Part shown: positions 48,754 through 61,400 of the stretch, piece after piece
Layout of the letters: each line of letters opens with the position of its first letter
Position numbering within the stretch: the stretch's first letter is position 1
Origin: Lepidodermella squamata
Lineage: Eukaryota > Animalia > Gastrotricha
DNA: 64,000 nt
Assembly (NCBI GenBank): GCA_047495785.1
Contig: JBLDXI010000003.1
Location: forward strand, 2,728,001 to 2,792,000
Direction of reading: 5' to 3'
The notes under the pieces: generated by a model
Database searches by the model: none
What the model was told of the DNA's origin: nothing
What the model saw: the letters and a program-made list of their open reading frames with translations, nothing else
Made by a program: the position numbers and the translations under genes

Positions 48754-51700
48754 ATGCAACATTTGCTTTCATTATTGCCACCGAATGATGCTCAAACCAA
48801 TAATGTCGATAAGCCCTCGTTCCCTCCACTGGCCATTCCGAGAGACATCAGCAGAGAGATGGATAGTCTCGGGCCAGGACCTTCCGAGCCGAATGACGAA
48901 CCAGAAGCCAAGCGTAAAAAACAGGTAAATTTAAGGGAAAAATCAGTGAATTTTTGCATTTCCCCTCATTTTAGAGCGAAGAAAGCGGCGAAAATCAAGC
49001 TTATTCAGGTAGTGGACTCGACGAAATTTTCGGCGCTAAGTTAGTGACTGATCTGCCATCTGCTTCCTGGACTTACATGTCGCCTGTTGAGGTGCTACCC
49101 TCGATTGAAATCGGCAATCACGCGCTGAAATTTCCGTTCAACGAAGAAGCGACAACTCAAATTATTCGAAAAGCTCAACCGACCCAGGCGAAAAATATGA
49201 AGATGTACGAAATCAGCCCAAGTAATTTCACAATAAAAACTTCCGTATGGCAAGCAATGTTTGAAAGCTCGGTTACAAGCCCGTTACTCGAAGCGATCAG
49301 GCGTGAAATGGCGCCGGGGTGTGTTAAAATTACGGCCAAGTTGAATAAACTGCGCGTTCTTGATCGTGGCTCGTTTTTCCGATCTATCCCAACGTCGGCG
49401 TCGTCGAGCCACAGCCAGCGGCGGAATCATTTTGCGACGCTGTTTATGGTTATGCCGAGTTGCCACAATGGAGGCGTTGTCACGGTTCATCACGCCGGCA
49501 AAGAGCGGCCGTTTTCTTTCAATCTAGCGAACGATTGTCTCAAAAACGAAAACCTAAGGTCAGCTTTTATTTTACCGTTCATTTCAGAAACGTTTTTAAT
49601 AGGCCGCTAAAGATTATTTTTAATGGGAAATACTAGAAATATAGGGATCATAGAGATCTGGTTAACCATTGAGAAAACTCATGCAGAAAACTCTCTACAA
49701 AATTTTAGAATCTGATCTCTGTGATAGGAATAGACAGTTGTTTAGAAACATATTTATTAAGGAGGAATTCTTTATAATTATTTATTTTGAGAATACCGTA
49801 AGGGTGGTTAGTCTTGGACAGGCTAAATTTGGACAAAAAACTTCTACAACTGAAAGACTTCGATGTGCCTGGAAAGACGGGCCCTTCTACGGTACCAAAT
49901 TTACGGTATTCTGAAAGTTAGCTGTTTTTATAATAAATACATAGGTCTCGAAAGGTCGACTTGGGACCCCTCATTCCCGGTCAATTTCTTGGCACCATGA
50001 GCGCATTTTTTTCGGAATTTTAAGGAAGGCTTTTAGTCATGCACGCATCCCGACGATTATGAATATGCTAATGAGGTGACCAAAATTCCCCGCAAGTGTC
50101 CAAATTTATCCAAACCTTGCACCGTTTTTATAAAATCGACGTAATATAGGAAAATTACGAAATTTTGCACAGACGCGAGAATTTGGCCCCCTCATACCCT
50201 GAAATTTCCACTTTTTCATAATTTTTCCTGATTTTCTAGAGCTGAAAACCCATGTAAAAAATAACTGCTATACGTGCAATGGGTTGGATTTTTTGGGTGT
50301 GCCAAGTGGGCATCCTAAATTCGATATAGATTTTTTACAAATCATCGGTTTTTTCCGCGATCAAAAGTTTTGGAAACCAGCATTTAAAATATTTCTGCCC
50401 AGCTGTTATCAGATATAATCGGAATAATATAATCAACAAGCCCTTGAGCTAGAATTAGAACCTTTATTTTCTGCTTTTTTATTTCTTTACTGGCGATTTA
50501 ATTTTTTAATTTTCATTCCTACTTCTCATGCCCTAATTAAGGTTGTAAATGCATACAGTGACCAGGTTCATCAATATTTGCGCTGAAATAAAGATTAATA
50601 GCGCCGTAAGCTCGACAACAGCTTCCAAGTTCCAAGAAGTGCCTCGAAAGCTCTGCTTCATCGCATGCCCTAATTTGTTCGCGCAGAAGCAAATAGCTGA
50701 TGCATAAATCACAACACACATTCCGAAAATCGTCTGCCCGAAAACGTAATGCGCTGCGACAATACGGCTAGGCGTTTTCGGTAAATTTTGCAAAACTTGG
50801 TCTTGCATTACAAAAATTGCTAACATAACAGTACATGCGTAACACGACCTGTCAGGCATTTCAGGTGGTATAAGGAAGGAAGAAATTACTAGTAAGCTCA
50901 GAATAAGACAAGGCCCGAAGCAGTTCATCATATAATAATCGGGTTTTCGTTTGAATTTTAAGAAAAATGTTATCTGAAGAATTTCTTCACCATAATCTGG
51001 ATAACCAAACTCCAAACCGGTGTAATTTTTCGAAAATTTGCGAACCAACTGCCAGTTTGAATTTTGAGGAATAAAGGCATCAACGGTGAAAGGGTAATAA
51101 TCAGATGGACCAAATACTACATTCTTCGGCAATTGATTTGATGTCAACAAAATTCCACATGTTTGCTCATCGAAAGGAAACAGCCAAAAATCCAAGTCAC
51201 AATAAGTTTCTATCTGGCCAGTTTGGCTGAGTTGGAACGTTCCTATCGGGGGGTTAACATAGTAAAGCTGAAGCAAGCCGGAAGTTTCATCAAATGCCGA
51301 GCTTCGAATGTTATTTCTAACCATGATATTAGGTCGCCAATACATTTTCGGGTCTTCATGCTGAAGCTGGGTAATTTCAGGAGGCCACCAACTTCGCGAA
51401 TTTTCGTAGAAATTCTTGACACAAGGCACTTGCCACGATAGAATTATGGAGCCGATGAAGCTTAAAGACTCGCCGACGTCGTTAATTTCTAAAAATCGAT
51501 CTGGATGTAGAAAGGCGTTGACTTTTGTTGGTATTCTCTCCAATTCTTGCGGCGAATTCACGTAAGGCGCTATGTGGCAATTTAGCAATAGAGATTCTGT
51601 GAAATTCGACAGCGATCTCGTCTCCGCTGTCATCGCTAGAATTGCTAACCATTTAAAAACGAGCATTTTTGATGGGGATAAATTATAGATGACTGGATTA

Positions 51701-54700
51701 GCGTTTAAACAGAGTCGATGAAGCGGAAACATCCCTATTTACATAGCTCTAATTTCCGACAATTTGGATTTTCAATCGATTCCGTTCAATACTACGAAAT
51801 AAATGTCGCCAGGATTTTCCAGAATATGTCTAGGCGGATCCACATTCAAATATTTGAGACGAAATGCAAACTACTCTGAAGTGCTATTTTTGAATAAATT
51901 TCTGAATCATTATGAAAATAGTATAAGATTTTTTATTTATTTTTATGCGAAATTCCCAAAAATAATTTGGAAAATAAATTTTAGGCTTGGGCTTAGGTTT
52001 GGTTGAATTATTGGAACGTGCGCATGGGTACTTGCGCATAGAGTACTTTGAGGTAATTTGCGCATTGGCCTTTTGCGCACAAGAGCATTTCTAGGTAATT
52101 TGCGCACGAATTAACAATAATTATCAAAAAATATTATTTTCAACAAAAACCGTCGCATTTTAATTGCTAAAACAAATCGTCGTCACTGTCGGAATTATTA
52201 TCACTGTCATCATCACTTTCAGCCGTAAATGATGTCGGCCCTTCAGAGGGGAAAGTTTCATCGAATTGGTCCAGATTCAGAGCCAATTTATCAGTCAGTT
52301 CAAGCAGTGTGATTTCATTATTTTTAAACGAGTTAGCTAAAGTCTGAATATGATTTGTAACGGCCTCAGTTTTGCGGTTGATCTTCGCCTTGATGCCGGC
52401 GCCAATTTGTAGAAGAACCGATCGCATGTACGCCTCCTCGTTTTGCAGCGAACGAGCCAGCCGGTTCATTTTGTGGTTCCAACCTTCGACGCCTCGGTGG
52501 ACACGTTCCAGTCCTGAAACTTCACCTTGCCAAACCACTGTTTCTCGAAGTACTCTAGAAACTTTTTGAACTTGAGCCGATCAGCATTGGATAATTGGTC
52601 TTTGATGAGTTGAAATGCGGCCGGAACTTTTCGAGCAGGTATAAGCGGCAGGGCCATAAGACGCTTCGCAAGAGTACGAAAAGATGAGCCGGCTGTTGAA
52701 TAAAGTCCAATGAAGCCCTTTTGTTGTATCCAACGAATGACCGCCTGTTTAAAATGAAACAGGCAACCGACAAACGTTGCGCTGGGGAACTGTTTCTTGA
52801 TGGCTGGAATCAGCCCCGTCTCGAAGTCGGCAGTGATCGTCAATTTGCGAGAACTAGCCCAGCCAGGGGAAACTCGGGACATTTCTTGCTTTCAGCTCGT
52901 CCAACGTCTTCACACGTCTCAGTAATGCGCAACTCAGAGTTAAATTCTCACTCACACACCCTTTGCGCAAATTACCTAGAAATGCTCTTGTGCGCAAGTA
53001 CCCATGCGCATGTTCCAATATACCGTTTGGTTAAAAACGCGAAAATAGGATAGAAAATTATTTGAATGTCAAATTTCTTTATTTTTTGTTGCAGATGTCA
53101 CGCCCTTGCGTTTTTCCGGACATGCGAATACGAGATTTCGCCGATCGTAACTGGTCACATGGCAATGCTGGCTTACGATTTGTACCACGACGGAGGAGCT
53201 GCGCCTTTGCTGCCGATGACAACCTGTTCATTCGAAGAGGAACTCACTGGTAAATTGATTCATTTTTGATTCATTTTTTCCCGATACCGAATTGCCGAAT
53301 TTCTCAAACTTGAATAATCTGAGTATGAACTCTAAAGTTGGATTCACGGACGCGCGACTCGTCGTGCGCGACAGTCAAGCTGCGGTCACAAATAAAAATC
53401 CCGGCGAACATGGTCATGCAATCATCCGTGATGTTCGACGCGAATAGAAACTGTTCGCCGAAAAATTTAGCGAAGAAATTCGAGCTTAGCGGCAGCTCAC
53501 GTGACCCGTTTGTTTACTGTTACTAAGCAACTTGGCAACACAGGAGAATACATTTATTCCCAACGATAATTAATTGAAACACTCAAAGATTGAATTGTCA
53601 AATTGATGAGACCATTTTTATTTCACACTCGACCCGGCCCGCGGGTGTGAGAAACCTTTAACCTTCAAATGGTCTCGCAGTGCCGATTGGTTGCTCTTGT
53701 TACAACTGGCTCCTTGTAGTGGCAATAAACCCGGCTCGTTGCCTTCACCATGCCGTTGTGGGTCATCTGGACACTGGCCTGGCGCTGCTTGGGTGTGCAT
53801 GGGTACGGGTTGTTGTAATAGTAATTGTTGTAATAATAGCCATTATTCTAACTGACCATTAATGGTTTCAGTTATCAAGGAGTTTTGAAATGTTTTAGGG
53901 AGATTGGTTTCAAGTAAAGATATGTGCAAAGTGTCCGCGAAATCATTTTGTACCAGATTTCTGCGGTAAGGTGCAGAAATCGCCTCGCGAACGGCGGCTA
54001 GAACGTGAGCGTTCGGCTTGACCAGGCCACAACGGCCATACTTCGGGTTGGCTGTTGTCCTGCTCCAGTTTCAACTGGCGGGTGATGTAACCGGCGACAC
54101 TAGCTGATGAGCGATCGTCGGCTGGCAATTCGACTCGCAAAATCGGTTCGAGGCGGTTGTCCAGTTTCGAAAGCTGCTTCAACTTTCGGGCGGTAGCAAT
54201 TTTCAGGCTTATGATTTTGTGTCTTTGGACATTGGCATTCTTAGAAATTCCTAAATTCGAACCAAGGTATCGTAGAACAGCGATTCACTGAAGCATAACC
54301 GTATAGTTGAAGGCTGAAGCAGTAATCGGAAATAATTCCAAATATACCCCTCGACGTTGCACTTGAAACCTTCAGATTTGCAGGGGATCCGAGTGGTTGA
54401 ATATTGAAACTTCAATATCCGTTTGTCTCGAGGATAGGTTAGGTTCCGGCTCCTTCCTTCAATTTTCAGGGTAGTAAGCGACGTTATCGAGACATTTCTT
54501 GACCCGTAGAATTGCAGGGACTTGACTTCATGATAGCACGAATAATGGTAGTGCGAATTTTCGCGTCTACAGAATCGCAGCGAAGATCCATCAGCGGATC
54601 CACCGACAGCAAGTAGAAATACGCCAAATAGTCTTGGCGCAAGTTGAACGAAACACAACTATTCAAATATAAATGATCTCGCGTGAATCAGGCTCAAGAT

Positions 54701-55771
54701 CTGGCAAGGGCAAAAAGCTGTGGCATTATCACGTTGCAATGGGTTTTGAGGTCGGCTTCTTCGTTAAAAATGGGAAATCGATTTCACCATTTGCTAAGGC
54801 AATGAACAATTATTCGTAGCTGGTGAGGTTGCAAGCATTGTTTACGTCGTCACGAAATGGGCGCCACCGTAATGATTCTAAAACTCCTATGTTGTGATTG
54901 TGTTTCCAGATGCAACTCCAGGTATTTTTCGGTTACCAATCGCTTACTTTCATCGGTGATACACGCTCATTGAAATCGAGGATAATTTTCAAATCAAATA
55001 CTTTTTTGTTGAAATTTTGATTTTTAAGGGAGATTTCTTATTAATTTTTCAAAATTTCAAGAATTATTTACAATGGGAAATTTTTTCTATTTTAGAGTCA
55101 GTTCGGAAATTGTTCTCGAATCCCGCGTGGCCATCTAACAAAAGTCTCGGCTTCGTCCTCGGTCAGAAGTACCAGCAACTGTCGAAACCGAGCGCCGAGT
55201 ATTTTTTCCGCGAAGATCGAGCTGTTTTCGACGCTCTGAGTGAGCGATTCGACGTGGAAATCGCGGCTATTCATGTCAGACTAACCGTCAATTCAAGCGG
55301 CTCGGCATCGATAAACGACGATTTTGTGTCGAAAATCAATCAGATGAACGTTGAAATTCACCGCGTTTCACCCGCTCAGGCTGAAAGTGTTGAAAATTCG
55401 ATGAAATTACGGAAACATTTTGGTGGTTCTATTGCGACTGAAAAAACATCAGCGCACGATTTTGCGTCTAAGAAGGGCTACGATTTGATTGCTAGAGCCA
55501 GTTTTACGGCTAAATCTGACTCGGATTCCGGGTCATCGGATAGTTGCTGGCAATGGAATGGCGAGACGCGTTTTGTCAATGATTGGAAGTCGAAAATTAT
55601 TCAGTGTGGTCGGCCAAAGAGGCAGCTGGCGAAAAACGAGTAATTTTTCAATTATTTTAAATTTGATTGGTCAAGTGATTTTTTATAGGTTCGAAATCGA
55701 GATGTATTCGCTTGCTCTGATCTTCAAGCGCAGGCCGAAAAAATCGTCGCCAGTTTCTCCTCCCGCTGAAG
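48754..55771 (+). CDS. Degenerate 2OG-Fe(II) oxygenase-like protein, paralog 2 (exons ~48754-48924, 48976-49558, 53096-53249, 55096-55639, 55689-55771; probably continues to the macro exon 57724-58334)
   Basis: NLS-like EAKRKKQ; LNKLRVLDRGSFF...NHFATLFMVMPSCHNGG; CHALAFFRTCEYEISPIVTG; collinear similarity to paralogs 1 and 3. Confidence 0.65.
50533..51666 (-). CDS. Intronless pentameric (Cys-loop) ligand-gated ion channel subunit, nested in an intron
   Basis: Signal peptide, WRPNI, Cys-loop CDLDFWLFPFDEQTC, KRKPDYY, four TM helices, short M3-M4 loop; no vicinal cysteines. Confidence 0.9.
   Translation of the reverse strand: MLVFKWLAILAMTAETRSLSNFTESLLLNCHIAPYVNSPQELERIPTKVNAFLHPDRFLEINDVGESLSFIGSIILSWQVPCVKNFYENSRSWWPPEITQLQHEDPKMYWRPNIMVRNNIRSSAFDETSGLLQLYYVNPPIGTFQLSQTGQIETYCDLDFWLFPFDEQTCGILLTSNQLPKNVVFGPSDYYPFTVDAFIPQNSNWQLVRKFSKNYTGLEFGYPDYGEEILQITFFLKFKRKPDYYMMNCFGPCLILSLLVISSFLIPPEMPDRSCYACTVMLAIFVMQDQVLQNLPKTPSRIVAAHYVFGQTIFGMCVVIYASAICFCANKLGHAMKQSFRGTSWNLEAVVELTALLIFISAQILMNLVTVCIYNLN
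52009..53020 (-). mobile_element. Deleted Mutator-like (MULE) DNA transposon with frameshifted transposase fragment (52167-52882)
   Basis: ITADFETGLIPAI...GCLFHFKQA and VEGWNHKMN are MULE DDE motifs; ~30-bp IR tattggaacgtgcgcatgggtacttgcgca / tgcgcaagtacccatgcgcatgttccaata. Confidence 0.85.
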
Positions 55772-56199
55772 GTAACTTCACTCACACAATTGATTTAATA
55801 TGTTGCGATACTTTGAGCCCATTTATTCTGATTCTAAACTTTTCTATTTAATTTTGCGTTGAATGTTTCAAGAGTTGACGTGTCTGGCGGTCCATTGTTT
55901 TCAAACCTTTTTCCACCATGCCAACTCACCTTGACGTGGTCCCAAAAAAATATTGTGGGTGCTTAAAAATTGATTAATTTGACACGATTTGCGAACATTC
56001 CCCAACTTCAGTATTGGGTCGTATATTGAACTTGGTGAAACAAGTGTCAGCCAACGAGTAAATACAGTTGGATCACTTGAAACTACTGAAGCATCACTTA
56101 ATGGAACACTCCCTCACTTTATCCGAAATTTAAGCGATTTTCATGGAGTATCACATTTTCATATCGTCACCTTGAAACCGATTGGATCACTTGAAAGGC

Positions 56200-57650
56200 G
56201 AACACATCACTTCAGTTTATTCTCACCGATAATCACAGTAAATCGCAAGAAATTGGGGTTTCTCAGTATTGCAAGGATAGCAGGGCCCCCTGAAGCTGGT
56301 CGAGGAGCAGCCGTAGTCGGGCGGGCAAAAATCGGTTCCGCCATAGGATACCTCAAAGTCGGCCGAGGTTGAATAATATCATGAGTCCGAGGTTGAAGAG
56401 TAATTTGAGGTAAATCGCTGATTCCATCTTCTTTTGGGCTCCACGGCTCTTTGTGACGAGCTGAAATGTATAGAAAACACGATTGGAAGACGGGATTGAG
56501 GTGAAAGAAATTGCTTAATCCCATAATTTGATCAGCTGTAAGAGGTGTAACGAGCTATCAGAATCCATCTCAGCTCCGTACGATGGCGATGACTTGGTTA
56601 TTCGTATTTGACATTTTCTGCCGTTTCCTGCGCTCCCGTACTACTTGTTCATGAATGGGTCTTCGATATATTGATGCCGAAAATACTCGATGAAGCTAAC
56701 AAAACGTGAATCGGCTAGCCAATAACCAACAAACAGACCGCTGCTTGCTTCAAACATTTCGTCCGAGAGGGACAACTGAACCAGACTGACATCGCTAGCC
56801 AGTTGCTGCTTTAGCTTCCACATTTCGGCCACTTCTTCCTTGTTTTTGAATGTTTGAAGAGTTGAAAGAGCGCCTAATCTTGCCAAGTATTCAATTGAAA
56901 ATTATATAATAAATTATATTATATTTTCACGAATTCTGAATTCGCGAGCTGAGATTGTCGCGAAATTTCGAAAATTACCTCGAAATTTTTCACGTAACAT
57001 TATTTTTTATTTTCAATTTTTTGCCACAGAATTCGAGGCAGTAAATTATGAGCGAATTTGAAATACCTAATTGCAATTTTTTCGATTAGTGGAAGTAGTG
57101 CAATATAATCAAACAATTTTTAAGGAGGATTTTTTAATAGGGTGCCAACTTTAAACTTTCATAAATAGCTGAAAAAGCCCAGAAAGTTGTCGAAAAAATA
57201 TGGAAAAATTGGAAAAAAATTGCCAAGCTCAAAGCTCACATTTATTGTAATATACGTGATTCAACGAAATGCAACCGCATTAATTATTAAATAATTGGAG
57301 AGGACGAAAAATTAGTCACTCAGGCGCCATGATTGAAAAGGGCAAAAGGCTGCTGACAGCAGCATCCAGTTCCCACCCACTTTGAAGACGAGGTTGAACG
57401 GGCAACCGGTGTAATGACAGCTGATATGTAACCAATCGGTGGTGCTGCTACGGACTCGGACGCGTGCGTCGTTCGAGTATGTTTGTACAGTATGAAGTAT
57501 TTCATCTTTGGTGTTATAAATGCGATGAAACGCTGCCGATGAATTCATGTAAAGAGCGAACAATTTAGAATAACGATAGAAAACTGGGGAAGCAAAGGAA
57601 ATGTTAGAAATGAGCTTATTTCTTACGGCTAATATAGAAGCTATCAAAAG
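56200..57650 (-). pseudogene. Decayed MuDR/MULE-like transposase relic
   Basis: YNTKDEILHTVQTY...SSTTDWLHISCHYTGCPFNL resembles the MuDR N-terminal zinc-binding domain; broken ORFs; ~56430-56630 is duplicated at ~59300-59495. Confidence 0.45.
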
Positions 57651-57723
57651 GCAGGTGGCTGATCGCGCTGATATTTTATGCTCCTCAGAATTTGTTCGGT
57701 AATTTTGATTTTTTTAATTTCAG

Positions 57724-58334
57724 CGAAACCACCTGCTGCGAAAAGCGAAAGTATAACGATTCTCAACACGCCACCGCCGAAATTCGCGATTTTAGGCGAG
57801 CGTCTCCTCGGCTACGGCCGTAGCCTGAAATTCACCATAGCCCAGGGCGATATCACCAGTCTCGTTGTCGATGCCATAGTCAACCAAACGAATGGCTCCT
57901 TCTCAAAAATGGGCCCGGTAGCCGATGCTTTGACCCGCATGAGTGGCAGCGAATTCGACGCGAGTTTGCAAGATTTAGTCGGCCGTCACCAAACGCTGCG
58001 ACCGAGTGAAGCCGTCATGGTCATGTCATGCCACGATCACTTCAAATTTGTCATCCACGTCAATACAGCTTCGATGACAAGTGCCGGTGAAATCGAACAG
58101 GCTGTTCTCAATATTTTGACTCAGGCTGAGAAGTTGGAACTGCGATCTGTTGCCTTGGCTTCGATTGATCTGCCGGGGGTTGCCAAGTCGCAGAGTGGCC
58201 AGGCGACTGTTCGAGCGTTTCGTAATTATTTCGGAATGTTGCCGCCGACTTCGAGTGTTAAACACATCTACTTCTTGCCGTCTGATATGGAAACAGTCGG
58301 CGTCTACCTCCTTGAATTAGCCAAATGTGATTGA
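57724..58334 (+). CDS. macroH2A-type macro domain exon (no histone fold adjacent)
   Basis: FAILGERLL..QGDIT..VDAIVNQTN...KFVIHVN...LRSVALASI...SSVKHIYF..DMETVGVYLLELAKCD parallels the macroH2A C-terminal domain ([27 protein letters not shown]); strong acceptor at 57723. Confidence 0.8.
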
Positions 58335-58468
58335 TTTATTTAGCCAAGGCTGATATAACAGAAAACGATAGAATATAAAACTCATTTTTCGATTTGATCT
58401 TTGCAGGCATTAAAATCATGAATCTGTTGGATTTTCGCTGTTAATTTTAGATTTTTTCTCGAAGTAAA

Positions 58469-61400
58469 ATGGAGAAGGATGAAGGTGATATTTACTACTG
58501 GTGGAATACGATGGGGCGGAGTATGCGAAATTTTCATCGTTTTGATATTCCTGAGCTGCAACGGGAATGCGAGCGACGCGGTTTAACGACCGAGGGTCGA
58601 AAAAGTAAGTCCGAACATTTTCCCCACCTTAATAAATTTCGGACAAAATTTCTTGGTAATTCTATGTTTTAATGAATATTTTTTGAATCTTTTCGGAATG
58701 ATAAATTATTTATTTATTTTTATTTTTTTTAGAGCTCTTAGCAGAGCGACTTCAGGCTTGTTTCTTGGTGATTCACGGCGCTAGAAATCAAACTCCGAGC
58801 AGTATGGATGAAAATCGGCCGAGTTCTTCGGCGTCCAACACCGGACCAAAACATTCGCTGTCTGACGAATCATCTGACGAAGTGAGTTGACCTCCGTATT
58901 TTTACTGTTATATCAAACCATTTTTTATGGAATTATTATCGAAAACGAATGATTCCGATCATGAGTAATAAGAACGGAGCATGAAGAATAAAGACAGTAC
59001 GATTCAGCTGCGATATTTAGCGGATTGGTTTCTAAAATATGTTGGGCTTTGTAAATGATGGACAAGCCATCCCGACCAGGGAATCGTTTCAGAAACTTAG
59101 GATCACCGCCTTTCAGTCGTGGCGTTGGCAGTTTTTCAGATTTATTGTTTCAAGTCCATCCAACATTAAATATTAAGTTGCTCTCGGACCAGGGGCAGAG
59201 TCAGGCATTTCATCCGTTGCCAAGTACAGACCTAGAGTATTCGCAATTGCAACTGCGACTCAGCTATTGGTAGAAACAGAAAAAAAATCGCGGATTGCCT
59301 TTTCTTTTGGGCTCCACGGCTGTTTGTGACGAGCTGAAATGTATAGAAAACACGATTAGAAGACGAGATTGAAGTGACATTTGATCAGCAGTAAGCGGAT
59401 CTGGAGGTGGAACGAGAGGGTATCAGAATCCATCTCAGCTCCGTACGATGGCGATGACTTGGTTATCCGTATCCGACATTTTCTGCCGTTTCCTCTTTCT
59501 GCGTTTTAGGTTGATTTAGATGAATTTGATATAATTATTGCCCGCTTCTGAGACCTGCTTATGAGTTCTAAACGGTGTTTTCGATACCAAAGCTTGATGT
59601 TTGCTTTATCAAATAATAGTATGGGGCCAAGCTAGAGTTTATAGTTTCAACTAATTTCTTTACGAGGCGTTGCGGACAGACATTTTTCACTCAGCACTAT
59701 TGGATCTCTTCAGATCACAGAAGTTTACTAACCAACTGGCGTGGGCATAGGATTTCCACGAAGCTATCGGTAAATAACCCGTCTTGAGAAAAAACAATCC
59801 TAGAACCACTTCGTATCATAGGCGAATAAAATAACTGTAATTTTCAAAAAGTGAAGTGAAGTGTTTACGTCTTCGGAACTTGCTGCTAGCACTTGGAAGC
59901 TTTTACCAGCCATAGCAGAAATATGAGACGTTTCAACGACGAAAGGCTCTTGAATACGAATGCTGTGTTGTTTTACGGTTTTCGGGATCGGCTTCACCTC
60001 CCCGAGTCACTTCGACAGCATCGGCTCGCGTACGTTGAGGCCGGCGGTAGAACGTGTGAGTAAATCGGCCTCATCTTCAGGCACAGCTTCCGAGACGCTC
60101 GCTCACAGGGGCGAAAGTGATCAAGTCTGGGGCGCGGAATCTTCAGGCTTTTGATTGACGATAATAATTGGTAGCAAATACAGTCGACTACAGCGACTAA
60201 AAGCGCGAACGGAGTTGAATTTGTATATACAATCGCTTCATCCGGAATAATCAATTCATCCAATTTGTAATACTTCGACAGATATGAACGAAAATCCTTC
60301 ATGTTTTTTATTTTTCCTCCTTCCATTCAATCAAGCCAGTCAAGTACGTTGATAAAGCGCGTAGAATGAAATTTCGCCATGTTAAAGATTTGCGAGATTC
60401 GGTTGAGATTAGTTTTGGACCCAGAGATGAATAAAACGAGCGTTTCTGGGATATGGGATATGGGATATGGGGATATTGGACAAGAAGGAGAATTGGTCTT
60501 AGCAAGATTCTTCGCTGTTGCTGGTATGATCAGCATGGTCAACTGAGCTGAATTTTCGAGTTTCAGATCTCATAATTTCATCGCAACAACAGCTGTACAG
60601 CTGCTTCACCAACTCCGAAGCTCAAGGCGACAATGCAGCGGCGCGAACGATTGAAAACAAATAGTCTTCAACAATTATTGGGATTTCCCGCACGATAGCC
60701 AATAAAGACCCGCCGTTTACTTTTTGATAGAAACAATGGACATCGTATATGCGCCGATTGTGAGCTCGGAGGACGTAGGATCGGGGTAACTTCGGTTTCG
60801 CACCACGCGATCGAAGACGGGCGAAGATTACGTTAGACTTGAAAGTAATTTTGAAATAGAATTCGCCGCCGCGGTTGTTTTCCAGCAGCTTGAGGATCTC
60901 GCGAGGAATTAGCAGTCGGCTTTTTTGTTGAATCAATTCATATCGTTTTTCAATTTCACGAAAATCCGACTAGCCAAACAAGCAAAATATGGACATTTTT
61001 TCCGCAAATGATACTGAATGTTTGTCGTTCATGTGCTTCGCTCTCAAGTGGATATCCACCCTAATTAGCAGCTGAATTGGGGCTTATCGCTTATTAATTT
61101 CGAAATTTCATTATTTTCACTTGTTATTTTTACTTTAGGACGCGCCTCTTGCGAAAAATAAAAAGGTTTGCCTGAAAAATCTCATCGCCTCAATTTTTTT
61201 AATTCAACAATTTTAATAGCCACTGCCTGCTATGAATGAGTCCGGCATATTCGATGCTTTCGGCGAAGTTTTCGGATCGAAAAAAGGTGTGAAGCAAGGC
61301 CTATTGCCCGATAATGATTGGTATTGCCTTGGCAAGGTCGACTTTCTGCCCGAAATTACTGTTGGAAAAGCGAAACTCTCACTGCCCTTCGACTCAAAAG

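Noticed and set aside
51981-52005. Telomere-like TTAGGC/TTGGGC/TTAGGT run
   Set aside because: Only about four degenerate units beside a MULE end; insufficient for a telomeric call.
53940-54900. Fragmented minus-strand ORFs in an intron
   Set aside because: Interrupted by stops and frameshifts, no recognisable motif; probably a decayed insertion.
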